Below are positions 1-14,307 of a DNA stretch of 64,000 bases, in pieces. Both the position numbers and the translations under genes were made by a program. The notes beneath the pieces were generated by a model. It saw nothing but the letters and a program-made list of their open reading frames with translations. It ran no database searches and had not been told where the DNA came from. Source of the stretch: the human T2T-CHM13v2.0 reference genome, Homo sapiens. The stretch lies in NCBI RefSeq assembly GCF_009914755.1, contig NC_060943.1, one strand, 5' to 3'. The stretch's first letter is position 1. Every line of letters begins with the position of its first letter.

Positions 1-2
1 AT

Positions 3-737
3 GAGAGTACAGCCCTCATTCAACACTTCATTATCCATACTGGGGAGAGGCCCTTTAAGTGCCTTGAGTGTGGGAAGGCCTTCAACTGCAGGTCACACCT
101 CAAGCAGCATGAGCGGATTCACACTGGTGAGAAGCCCTTTGTGTGCAGTCAATGTGGAAAGGCCTTCACTCACTATTCCACCTATGTCCTGCATGAAAGA
201 GCCCACACTGGAGAAAAGCCTTTTGAGTGCAAAGAATGTGGGAAAGCCTTTAGCATTCGAAAAGACCTCATTCGACACTTCAACATCCACACTGGAGAGA
301 AGCCCTATGAGTGTTTACAGTGTGGAAAGGCTTTTACCCGCATGTCAGGGCTCACAAGGCACCAGTGGATTCATACTGGAGAGAAGCCGTATGTATGCAT
401 CCAATGTGGGAAAGCCTTTTGTCGGACCACAAACCTGATTCGACACTTTAGCATCCACACTGGAGAGAAGCCCTATGAATGCGTGGAGTGCGGGAAGGCC
501 TTCAACCGCAGGTCACCCCTCACAAGGCACCAGCGGATTCACACTGCAGAGAAGTCCCACGAACCCATCCAGAGTGGGAACGTTTCTTGTGAGAGCACAG
601 ATCTCATTCAACACTCCATCATCCACACTGAGAGTAGCCCAGTGAGTGCAGTGAATATGGAAACGCCTTCAATTGCCGCTCATTCCTCCTCACTCGACAT
701 CAACGGATTCATAGTGGAAGAAACCCTACCATTGTAA
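3..737 (+). CDS. ZNF460: ZNF460 last coding exon, 5'-partial: end of the C2H2 array (one partial finger, 6 intact fingers, one degenerate finger) and C-terminal tail
   Basis: Frame open from nt 3 (ESTALIQHFIIH TGERP FKCLEC...) to TAA at 735-737, with TGEKP linkers. The C-terminus ...SLDINGFIVEETLPL and the position upstream of ZNF543 match my recollection of ZNF460. Confidence 0.88.
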   Translation, partial: ESTALIQHFIIHTGERPFKCLECGKAFNCRSHLKQHERIHTGEKPFVCSQCGKAFTHYSTYVLHERAHTGEKPFECKECGKAFSIRKDLIRHFNIHTGEKPYECLQCGKAFTRMSGLTRHQWIHTGEKPYVCIQCGKAFCRTTNLIRHFSIHTGEKPYECVECGKAFNRRSPLTRHQRIHTAEKSHEPIQSGNVSCESTDLIQHSIIHTESSPVSAVNMETPSIAAHSSSLDINGFIVEETLPL

Positions 738-1975
738 CAGATGTGGAAAGACTTTTTACGTACACTTCAGTCAACATCCAAGAATTCCTATTAGCGAAAT
801 AGTTTTTTAATATAACCACTGAAGAAAATCTGTGGTGAGAGGAAACATCTTACCATCTGGTCATTCATACTGAAGAGAAACTCCATAAGTATCATCTCTG
901 TGGGAAAACCTGTTTTAGATCATCATTTGTCATCTAAACAATTATGTTAGAAATTGACACAGCCAAGAGTCTTATTCTACATCTGATAATTCACCCATGA
1001 AAGAGACCCAGTGGTTACTGTGCACTTAGGAAAACCTTCAGCCACATCTTTCTTATTAGTTTACAGTGAAATGTTATCTCAGGGACATTCAAACAAAGGA
1101 GGAGGAGTCATAGGGAAGAGAAAGAAATGGAAGCACAGCTTCTTTCAGACTTCCCTGACAAGCCCATGGCAATTTGTCATCCCCTCCTTATTTTATTTGG
1201 GAGAGGGAAATGTTTCAGAAACAAAAGGGCCTCATCCCCTTTATTTTCCCTGTGTATACATTCACTGCTGTCCAGTGCTGTAGACAAACGGTTTGTTTGA
1301 AAACATTTTGTGAAAGCCTGCTTTGTTCCACAGCATTGTCTCCACTCTTGAGGAGCAGAAGCATATATCTTTATGAGAAAGATGGAGGCTTGAGTTATGA
1401 AATACTTTTACATTTAAGGAGATAAAGGATGTACATATGAATGGGCACATTTTACTGCACACTTCAGACGCTTTGACTTTTTTAAAAAAATTGTTTCTCC
1501 GTGTGTCTTTAACCACCCAGTACCATACTTTTTTCTTGATCTGGATCTACTTGTCAATTTCTTCTTTATTTTTCTGTAGGATGGAGATGATATTGTAGCT
1601 GTTTGTACATAATGTAATCCAGGGAGTCCTAATTCTTCCCTCTGATTGTGGTTTCTCAGCTTTTTTACTGCTCTTTAGAGAGAGTAAATAGTTCAAAATT
1701 CACCTCAACAATTTTCTAGAGGTCAATTTGGAACCAAAAATGAAATAAGACATGTAGCTAAAGTAAGTTAAAAGATTATGATAAACTCAGAAAATAAACA
1801 CAGAGAAGGAATCTCATTTTTCAGTCTTACAGAAGATTGTGTGAAGGCTGACTATACATAAAGTGACTGGAATTTTAACAGGTGAACCTGCATATGTATA
1901 TGCAGGTAGTTGTCACCATGGATTGAGTCCAGTCGTAGTAATTAATATGTTTAATCAGAATATTTTGGAATTTCT
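738..1975 (+). other. ZNF460: ZNF460 3'UTR (extent approximate), paralogous to the ZNF543 terminal CDS/3'UTR at ~38200-39715
   Basis: Follows the stop codon. Co-linear similarity, e.g. ACCACTGAAGAAAATCTGTGGTGA at ~816 and ~38286. Confidence 0.7.
1793..1798 (+). terminator. Candidate polyadenylation signal AATAAA for ZNF460
   Basis: First AATAAA I found after the stop. Usage cannot be shown from sequence alone. Confidence 0.3.
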
Positions 1976-2677
1976 CTTTTGGTATTCTTTTTGTTTCTTT
2001 TATTGTTTTTAATTGACAATGTTTATGGGGTTTGGTGTGATATTTCAATACATGTGTGCTAAGAGTAATGATCAAATCAGGGTAATTAGCATATCCATCT
2101 CAATCATTTATCATTTCTTTGTGTTTAGAAACATTCACAGTCTGCTTTTCTAGCTATTTGAAAATATAAAATGTATTATTGCCAATTGTACTCATTCTGC
2201 AGTGCCACAGAACACTACAACTTATTCAAATGGAATCTTACTTGCTGTAATTTTGTATTTGTTAACCAATCTCTATCTGCCTCTCTGCTGTCCTTCCCAG
2301 CCTCTGGTTACCACCATTCTCAACCTTTTATGCTTGCATATGAGTAGAAACATGGAGTATTTCTCTTTCTGTGTCTAGCTTATTTCACTTAATGTCTTTC
2401 AAGCTCATTCATGTTGCTGTGAATGACAGGTTTATTTTTCATGGCTGAGTAGTATTCCATTGTGTATATATGCCATGTTTTCTTTCTTCATTCATCTGAT
2501 AATGGACACTTAGACTGATTTCTTAGCTATTATGAATAGTGCTTCAATAAACATAGGAGTGTAGATCTCTCTTTGACGTATAGATATATTTGTTTTTGCA
2601 TATATGCCCAGTAGTGGTATAGATCATTACCAGTGGATCATATGGTAGTTGTATTTTTAACTTTTGTTTATTTTTCA

Positions 2678-2798
2678 TTTTTTAAAATGGGGTCTTGCTG
2701 TGTTATTCAGGCTGGTCTCAGACTCCTGGGCTCAAGCAGTCCTGCACCTCAGCCTCCTGAGTAGCTGGGACTACAGGCACACACCACCGTGCCTGGCT
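2678..2798 (-). mobile_element. FLAM/Alu monomer
   Basis: Alu-arm motifs CTCCTGGGCTCAAGCAGTCC, GTAGCTGGGACTACAGG. Confidence 0.7.
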
Positions 2799-3469
2799 AT
2801 AGTTTTAGATTTTTGAGGAACATTCATACTGTTTTCCATATGGCTATACTAATTAGCATTCCTACCAGCCATATATAAGAGTTCCCCCTTTTCCATGTTC
2901 TCAGCAGCATTTTTTATTTTTTATCTTTGGTAATAGCCATCCTAACTGAGGTGAAATTATATCTCATTGTGGTTTTGATTTGCATTTCCCTGATTAGTGA
3001 TGTTGAGCATTTTTTCATATACTTGGCCATTTGTATGTCTCCTTTTGAGGGATGTCTATTCACCTTATTTACCCATTTTAAAATCAGATTTTTTATTTTT
3101 ATTTTTTTTGCTATTGAGTTCCTTTTATATTCTGGATATTAATCCCTTTCAGATGAATAGTTTGCAAATATTTTATCCCACTCTACTAGTTGTCTCTTCA
3201 TTCTGTTGTTTCCTTTGCTGTGCAGAAGTTTTTTAGTTTAATATAATCCCTTTGTTTATTTGTGCTTTTGTTACCTTGATTTTCAGGTATTCATAAAATC
3301 CTTGCCCAGACCAATATCCAGAAGCATTTCCCCTATGTTTTCTTCTGTAGTTTCATAGTTTTTGCTCTTACATTTAAGCTTTCAAACCATTTTGAGTTGA
3401 TTATCCTGAGAGCATAGATTCAAATTGCCCTAAAAATACATTCCCAATTTTTGTTTTTGCTTTTTAATT

Positions 3470-3590
3470 ATTTTTTAGAGACATAGTCTCACCACATTGC
3501 CCAGCTTGGTCCTGAACTCCTGGACTCAAGTGAGCCACAACTCAGCCTTCTGAGTAGCTAAGATTACAGGTATGAGCCAGCATACTTGGT
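3470..3590 (-). mobile_element. FLAM/Alu monomer
   Basis: Degenerate Alu arm preceded by a T-tract. Confidence 0.6.
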
Positions 3591-4390
3591 GTTTTGAGTT
3601 GATTTTTGTGTATGGTGAGAGATGAGTCTACTTTCATTCTTCTGCATATGAATATCCAGTGTCCCAGCACCATTTATTGAAGAGACTGTCCTTTTCCCAG
3701 TGAATGTTCTTTGTGCCTTTGTTAGAAATCAGTTGGCTGTAAATGGGATTTATTCCTGGGCTCTCTGTTTTGTTCCATTGGTTTGTGTGGTTTTTAAAAA
3801 ATACCTGAACCATGCTGTTTTGGTTACCATCACTTTGTAGTATATTTCAAGGTCAGGTAGTGTGATGACTCCCATTTTGTTCTTTTTGCTTAGGATTGCT
3901 TTGGATATTCAGTATCTTCTGTGATATCATGAATTTTAGGATTACTATTTCTATTTCTGTGAAAAATGTCATTGGTATTTTGTTAAGAGTGCATTGAATC
4001 TGTAGATCACTTGAGGTAGTATGTTCATTTTTTTTCATAAGCTATCTCTTACAGGAAAGTATGTTCATTTTTATATTAACCATTCTAATCCATGACCATG
4101 GGATGTTTTTCCTTTTTTATGTGTGTCCTCTTTGATTTACTTCATCAGTGTTATATAGTTTTCCATGTATTCTTATTTTATTTTTGTTGAAGTATTGTAA
4201 ATGGGATGGCTTTCTTGATTTCTTTTTCAGCTAATTCATTGTTGGTGTATAGAAATGCTGCTGATTTTTGCATGTTGATTTTATATCCTGCAAGTTCAGT
4301 GAATTTATCAGTCCTAAGATTTTTTTGGTGCCACTTTTGGAGTTTAGGGTTTTCTATATATTTGATCCTGTCATGTGCATACAGGGATAA

Positions 4391-4922
<532 letters not shown>

Positions 4923-5809
4923 CATTCTTTCTATTATTATGTGTAATTTGTTAAGAGTTTTCATCATGAGGGGATATTGAATGTTACCAGAGGCTTTTTC
5001 TCCACCTATGGAGATAATCACATTTTTTGTTCTTCATTCTGTTGATTTATCATGTTTATTGTTTTGTGTATGTTGAACCCATTCTTGCATCCCTAGAATG
5101 AATTCCACTTGGTCATGGTAAACAATCTTTTTGATGTACTTTTGGATTTGGTTGGCTAGTATTTTGTTGAGGAGTTTTGCATTTATGTTCATCAGGAATA
5201 TTGGCCTGTAGTTTTCTTTTGCATGTGTGTGTCCTTATCTGGTGCTTGTGTCATGGTAATGCTGGCTTGTGGAGTGAGTTTAGAATAATTCCCTCCTCTT
5301 CATTATTCTGGGAAAGTTTGAGAAGAATTCATATTTAATTCCCCTAAAATGTTTGGTAGAATTCAGCAGTGAAGCCATGAGATCATGGACTTTCCTTTGA
5401 TGGGTGACTTTTTATTACTGCTTAAATCTTGTTACTCAGAATTGGTCAATTGAAATTTTCTGTTTCTTCTAGGTTCAATCCTGATGGGTTGTATGTGTCT
5501 AGGAATTTATTTTCTGTAGGTTTTCCAACTTTTTGGTTTGTAGTTGTTCATAATAGTCTCTAATGACTCTGTATTTTTGTGGTATCAGTTGCAGTGTCAT
5601 TTTTGTATGTGTTTGATTTTGAGTCTTTTCTCTTGGTTAGTCTAATGGTTTCTTTTCAAAAAATGAACTTTTCATTTTGTTGATCCTTTGAATTTTTTTT
5701 TAAGTCTCAGTTTTATTTATTACTCTTCTGATCTTTATTAATTCTTTCCTTGTAATTTTGGGTCTGATGTGTTCTTTTCTAGTTCCTTGAGAAGCATTGT
5801 TAGATTTTT

Positions 5810-6008
5810 CTTTTTTCTTTTTTTCTTTTTTTAAGAGACAGGGTCTTACTGTGTTACGTAGGCTGGAGTGTAATGGTACAATCAACTCAAACTCCTGGGC
5901 TCAAGTGATCCTCACACCTCAGTTTTGAATTCTTGGGCTCAAGCAGTTCTCCCACCTCTGCCTCCAGAATAGCTAGGACTACTGGTATGCGCTATCATGA
6001 CCAGCTAA

Positions 6009-6050
<42 letters not shown>

Positions 6051-6168
6051 GATAAGGTCTTGCTATATATATGGCCCAGGCTGGTCTTGACCCAGCATCA
6101 AGTCGTCCTCCTGCCTTGCGCTCCCAAAGCACTGGGATTACAGGTGTGAGCCACCATGCCCAGCCAGA
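5810..6168 (-). mobile_element. AluJ-like, with an expanded internal T tract
   Basis: Alu arms with CTCCTGGGCTCAAG; T run at ~6011-6047. Confidence 0.75.
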
Positions 6169-6826
6169 TCTTTCTTGTTTTTGATGTAGGTGTTTATTAC
6201 TAAATACTTCCCTCTTAAAACTGCTCTTGCTGCATCCCATACATTTTTATATGTTGTGTTTCTGTTTTCACTCATTTTAAGACATTTAAATTTTGTTTCT
6301 TAATTTCTTCATTACCCATTGGTCATTCAGAATCATGTTATTTAATTTCCATTTATTTGTGCTGCTTTAAAAGTTCCTCTTGTTATTGATTTCTAGGTTT
6401 ATTTCATTGTGGTCAGAAAGGTACTTGATGTGATTTTAATTCTTTTAATTTTTGTGATTTGTTTTGTGGTTTAACATGTGGCCTCTCCTTGAAAATATTG
6501 CATGTGCTTATGAAAAAAAATATGTATTCTGTAGCTGTTGGATGAAAAGATCTGTTAGTGTCTTTTAAGTCCATTTGGTCTAAAGTCAGTTTAAACTTGG
6601 TGTTTCTTTGTTGATTTTCTATGTATATGATCTGTCCATTGCTGAAAGTAGGGTGTTGAAGTCCACAAGTATTATTGTATTATTGTATTGTCTTCCCCTT
6701 TAGATCTAATAATATTTGCCTTACATATCTGGGTGCTCTGATATTGGGTGCATATATATTTACAATTTTTGTATCCTCTTCCTGATTTCATCCCTACTGT
6801 GTTTGATACAAAGTCTCTTATCGTAA

Positions 6827-6912
6827 GTATAGCTACTCCTTATATAGTCATGATTGTGGTAAAAAAAAAAAAAAAAGAAAAGAAAAAAGAAAAAAAATGT
6901 ATAGCTACTCCT
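6827..6912 (+). mobile_element. Minimal retroposed insert: 20 nt plus poly(A), with 14-bp TSD
   Basis: GTATAGCTACTCCT at 6827-6840 and 6899-6912 flank TATATAGTCATGATTGTGGT and an A-rich tail. Confidence 0.75.
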
Positions 6913-6973
6913 GCTTGCTTTTGGTTTCCATTTGCATGGAATATATTCTATTCCTTCGCTTTCAGTCTGTGTC

Positions 6974-7274
<301 letters not shown>

Positions 7275-7716
7275 TATTTGTGTCTTTAGAGGTGAAGTGA
7301 GTTTCTTATAGGTAGCATATAGTTGGGTCATTTTAAAAACCCATTTAGTATATATCTTTTAAGGTAGGAATTTAATCTGTTTACCTCAAGGTTATTATTT
7401 TTAAGTGAAGACTCCTTTCATTTTGTGGTTTTCAGAATGTTTTGTATATCCTTTGTTCTTTTCTTCATCTCTTATTTTTTATCATTGTATTTTGGTGGTT
7501 TTCTGTAGTGATAAGATTTGATTTTTTTTTTCTCTTTTTTCTTTGCCTATCTGCTCTACCAGTGAGTCTTATACTTTTATGTGGTTACATAATGGTGATT
7601 ATTGTCTTCTTATTTCCCGATATAGCATTCCCTTGATCATTTCTTGAAAGGCTGGTGTAGTGGTGATAAATTCCCTTAATTTTTGCTTGCCTGAGACACA
7701 CTTTATTTCTACCTAA

Positions 7717-8020
<304 letters not shown>

Positions 8021-8427
8021 ATTTCTACCTAATTTCTGATGGATTGGTTTGCTGTGCATAGTATTTTTGACCGATATTTTTTCTTTTCTTTCAGAAATTT
8101 GGATATATCATCCCATTTTTTCCTGGCCTGTGAGGTTTCTGCTGTTATTCTAATGAAGATTCCCTTATATATGACTTGATGCTTTTCTACTGGTACTTTT
8201 GGATTTTTCTCTTTGTCTTTGACTTTTGTCAGTTCAAATATAATGTGCCTTGGAGGTGACCTTTTTGGGGATCTTTGAGCTTCCTGGATCTGAATGTCCA
8301 TATCTCTCGCAAGACTTGGGAGGTTTTTAGCTATTATTTCATTGTCTTTTTCGTTTTCTTTTATTTTTAATCTTGCTGTGATCTCCTTAGCAGCTATAAT
8401 TTCATTAAATATGTTTTATTTTTTTAA

Positions 8428-9064
<637 letters not shown>

Positions 9065-9295
9065 TGTTAAATATATTTTCTATGCCTTTTGTCATCTCTT
9101 TGCCTTCTGGAACTCTAAAAATATGAAATTTTTTTCCCTTGATGTTATCTAATAAGTCTGGTAGGCTTTCTTCACTCCTTGTCATTCTTATTTATTCTTC
9201 TCTCACTGGTAATTCCAAACAAACTCTTTATCTTTCTTTGCTTGAGTAAGTTTGCTATTGATGCTCTCTATTGTACCTTATATTTTATACATTAA

Positions 9296-9732
<437 letters not shown>

Positions 9733-10849
9733 TTGTTGAGTTTTTAAAAGATCATTATTTTGAATTACTTTTTTGGTAATTGGTAGATTTCCTTCTAGCT
9801 TGTTAACGGAAAGTTATTGTGTTCCTTTCATGGTGACACATTTCCTTGCCTTTTCATGTTTCTATTGTCCCTGCATTGATGTCTGTGCATCTGGTGAAAC
9901 AATGGCGTCTTCCCATTTTTCTACAGTCACTTTCATAGAGGCTTTCACCTGCACTTGGTCCTTAGTGTGCTAGTTGAGAAGGGTGTAGTAACTCTGTTTC
10001 CAGATAAGTGAAATGGTATAGTCTTTGTTCAGCTTTATCAACAGTATTTAATGTTGGCAGTAACTTTGTTTTCCTCAGTGGCCTAGGTTGTAAAAGTTTG
10101 TAGCAGTAATGGCATAGGTTGTTAATGGCAAGGGCTTTTTTGGAGTCCTCCTATTTTCATTTGCCCCACAATGAAGTTACTTAGCCATGAAGATACTTCT
10201 TGCTGTCAAGTATGATATGGCCTATAGGCAGGTACAGTGGCTCTGGGTTCCAGGTGCAGGTGCTCAGGGCAGCTGTGGGTCTGGGGTTCTAGGCTCAGCA
10301 TCTGATGAACCTATTGTGGCACCTGGGTTTTGAGCTATAGATTTGCTCCATGTGGTAGAATTGGAGGTAGGTTTACCACAGAGCCAAGATCTGTAACTCT
10401 GATGTACTCCCTAGCAGCTTGGGCCCAAAGGGCCAGGTTGTAGCTTTTTGTTTCTGGGCGGCCAGGCACAGCACAGGCCCAACTCTAGGGAAGAAGTGGT
10501 GCTTTGGAGTATTGGGCCAAGGAAACAGAATACAGCTGCAGTTTGGTAACCTGAACCATTCAGGCTCATTGGCAACTTGGGTTTCTGGCATAGCACAGTT
10601 TTTGTTTGGGCCTTGGGCAATAGGGAGCAGCCCAGTGATGACTCAGCTCCCCAGGGAGAAAGCTGTCTCAGCAGCCCATACTTCAGGGTGTTAGTCCTGC
10701 CCCCTGGCAGCTGGTTATCCAGCTAGCTCCCTAAAGTGAGTACTAGAGTTGTTTGGCCTGTAGTGTGGGGTGTCTCATCTCATGCCCTGCTTTGTTTCCC
10801 TGGAATGTGAAGGCCCATGCCAGCTCAGCCCAGTATTGCATAGCTACTC

Positions 10850-11430
10850 AGTTCAGGCAAGGCACTGCATCCCCAGAGGGTAATGTGCCTCGTCAGCTCA
10901 GGTCTAGGGTGTGTGACCTTAGGTTGGCCCAGGCACCATTTTCCTGGGATGCAGGAAGCTGCTTCAGATTAGGTACTGGACTGTGTGTCTGCTTGGGATG
11001 GCCAAGACACTGTTACCTGGAAGGCAGGGTGGTAGGTAGGGTGCTGCTTAAACTTAGGCACTGGGGAGGCATGACTGCTCTCGATGGCCAAAGTACTGTT
11101 TTCCCAGGAGACAAGGTACTGCTTCAGCTCAGGTACAGAGGGGTGTGACTGCTCTGGATGGTTAATGCACTGTTTTCCCAGGATGCCTGGCATTGCTTCA
11201 GCTCTGGCCTAGAGGGGCAGGATGTAGCAGCATCTGGGAGGGGTAGGTGGAGGAGCTTCGCCAAGGCATCCTTTCCTCAGGAGGCAATGTGCAGCTTCAG
11301 CTCAGGTCCCTGGAAGCAGGGCAGTTTTGGGAGAAGTAGACTGAGAGGTAGACAGTGAGAGGTGGATGTTGCACATCTGCCAGAGCATTGTTTTCCCAGG
11401 AGGGAGTGCACAGCTTCAGCTCTAGTCGAA
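10850..11430. repeat. Degenerate tandem monomers (core GCACTGTTTTCCCAGGA...GCTGCTTCAGCTCAGG), about 6-7 copies
   Basis: Core recurs near 10860, 10933, 11005, 11093, 11167, 11265, 11385. Confidence 0.6.
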
Positions 11431-12421
11431 GGTGACAGGACACAGCCTAGCATAGGGACTTGAGGGGTAGGTGGTGCAGCTCTCCCACTGCATGGCCCTA
11501 CATGGGAAGGTGGAAAAGCTGCTTGTAGATGTTGGGCCACCAGGTGGGGGTGGATGGTGATGGCTTATCCTCAGGGATGAAGAGGTGCCATGGAACCAGA
11601 CAGAACTCCAGCCGTTCCAAAATAACAGCACAGTAGCTGTATGGGCCACTGGGGGCAGGACAGTGTCAGCTCCTTCCTCAGGAGCACAGCTGTATGGACT
11701 CCAGGCGGGTCCGTCAGCTAAGCTTAGTGCCTGTGAGGGCTGTAGGGGACCCCAGTGGTGAGTACTGTAGGTGTCCAAGGTGGTGATGTACGCTGCTGGT
11801 ATGCTATTGCTCACTTTTTCCACATACGGAGAAATTCCTTCTGGTTTTCAGCTGATCTTGGCTGGGGGATGGGGTTGTGGAGACCAGGTGTTCCATTCTC
11901 TGCTTGGCTATCCTGAGTTTCTGTGCTCACCAGAGTTTTTGTTATTACTTTGACATATTCTGGTGCTTTCCTTTAGTTATTTGCATTAAAATGTATTTGC
12001 TTATTTATTTTGGCTCTGTGGGGGTGGGGAGAACAGCATTTACGGACTGCTAATCTGCCTTCTTGCTGAAGTCACTCTCTTGCTACAGATATTTGGTTGG
12101 AAACATTTTCGTTTGTATTCTGTAAATAACTAGGAGTAGAATTGCTGTGTCATATGATATGTGTATATTTACCTGTATAGGAAACTGCCAAGTTGTTTTC
12201 CAAAATGGCTGTACCATTTTGATTTCTCACCAGTATTTTGTGGGAGCTCCAGTCCTACATCTTTTTGAGCACTTGGTTTTGTTACACTTTAAGTTTTTCA
12301 ATTTAACAGATGTGTAGAGGTGTCTCATTGTGGATTTAAATTTCATTGCTGAAATGACTACTGGTATTGAGCATTTTTTCATATGTTCATTGTTCATATA
12401 TCTTTAGTTATCTTTCCAAAT

Positions 12422-12750
<329 letters not shown>

Positions 12751-13276
12751 TAAATTGTTTTTTCTTCTTAACATTGAATTTTAAGAATTCATTGTATCTT
12801 TTAATATTCTGAATGCTAGTTATTTGTCAGATACATGTTTTGCAAACCATTTATCTGTATTTGGTTTCTTTTTGTTATCTTAGCAGTGTATCCTGAAGAA
12901 TAGTTTTAAATTTTGATGTAATCCAAAATATTTCGGTTGTTTGTGTTCTTTGTTATCCTATTTTTGTTGTTGTTGTTTTATAGATATGGGGGTCTCACTA
13001 CGTTGCCCAGGCTGGTCTTGATCTCCTGAACTCAAGTGATCCTCCCACCTCAGCCTCCCATCCTTGTCTACCTAATTAGGCTTTGTGTAACTCAGTGTTG
13101 CAAAGCTTTGACATCTGTTTGAGTTAATGTTTATATATGTTGTTACTTAAGGGTTTCACATTAAATTTAAACATACTTATATTTTATAACCAAACAAGTC
13201 ATGTTGGGGCATACTCATTAGGATTGAGTGCTTTCTTACACCAAAATACATGTATACAAAGATTTAAAACACTTTC

Positions 13277-13590
<314 letters not shown>

Positions 13591-14023
13591 TCAATTGACA
13601 GTCATTTGTAAGATGTTTAAGTAAACTGTGAAACAGTAAGTAAATGGATGAAAACACACTGATTAAAACTGCTGCTTTTATCCAACAAGATGGATGAATT
13701 TCCCAGGAAAGAATACTTGAGTTCAGGCCTGTTCAAGTCCCAACCTGTTTGTGGTTTGAGGTTGCTCTCTGCCTCGTAGAGCAAAGTGGAAAATTTATCT
13801 TCTGGGAGGACAGAGTTTTCTTCTCTGAAAAAGTTTCCTACATAGTTGGCTTTGGCATTTGCAAGGAATGAAAGGTCAGGGATTGAGGCCTCATGAGTCT
13901 GGATTTCTAGCTGAGGTTGAGAGAAAAGGTAGTGATTGTAACCAGAAAATCCAGAGTGGGTGTATTTACCTCCAGAACTCATCACTTAAAAAAAAATTTT
14001 TTTTGAACTGACATGCTTGAGGC

Positions 14024-14307
14024 TTTTTCTTTTTTTTTTTTTTGAGATGGGGTCTTGCTCTATCCCCCAGGCTGGAGTGCAGTTGTGCAGTCATAGCTCA
14101 CTGTAGCCTTATCCTCCTGGCCTAAGCAGTCCTCCTGCCTCAACCTCCCTAGTAGCTGAGACCACAGGCGCATGCCACCTGTGAGTTTCTAGAGATGAGG
14201 TCTCCCTATGTTCCCCAGCCTGGTCTTGAACTCCTGGGCTCAAGTGATCCTCCTGCCTCAGCCTTCCAAAGTGTTGGATTACAGGCGTGAGCCACTGTGC
14301 CTGGCCA
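14024..14307 (-). mobile_element. AluJ
   Basis: J-type motifs; flanking repeat CCAGA(A/G)CTCATCACT; absent from the paralog at ~52625. Confidence 0.8.

Noticed and set aside
1-438. Alternative-frame and antisense ORFs over finger arrays (1-438, 93-290, 37186-37599, 37308-37505, 37728-37925)
   Set aside because: Routine shadow frames of repetitive C2H2 codons; no independent support.
10850-11430. Repeat-spacer-like pattern considered as CRISPR-like
   Set aside because: Mammalian DNA, with degenerate irregular units contiguous with an L1; no cas genes.
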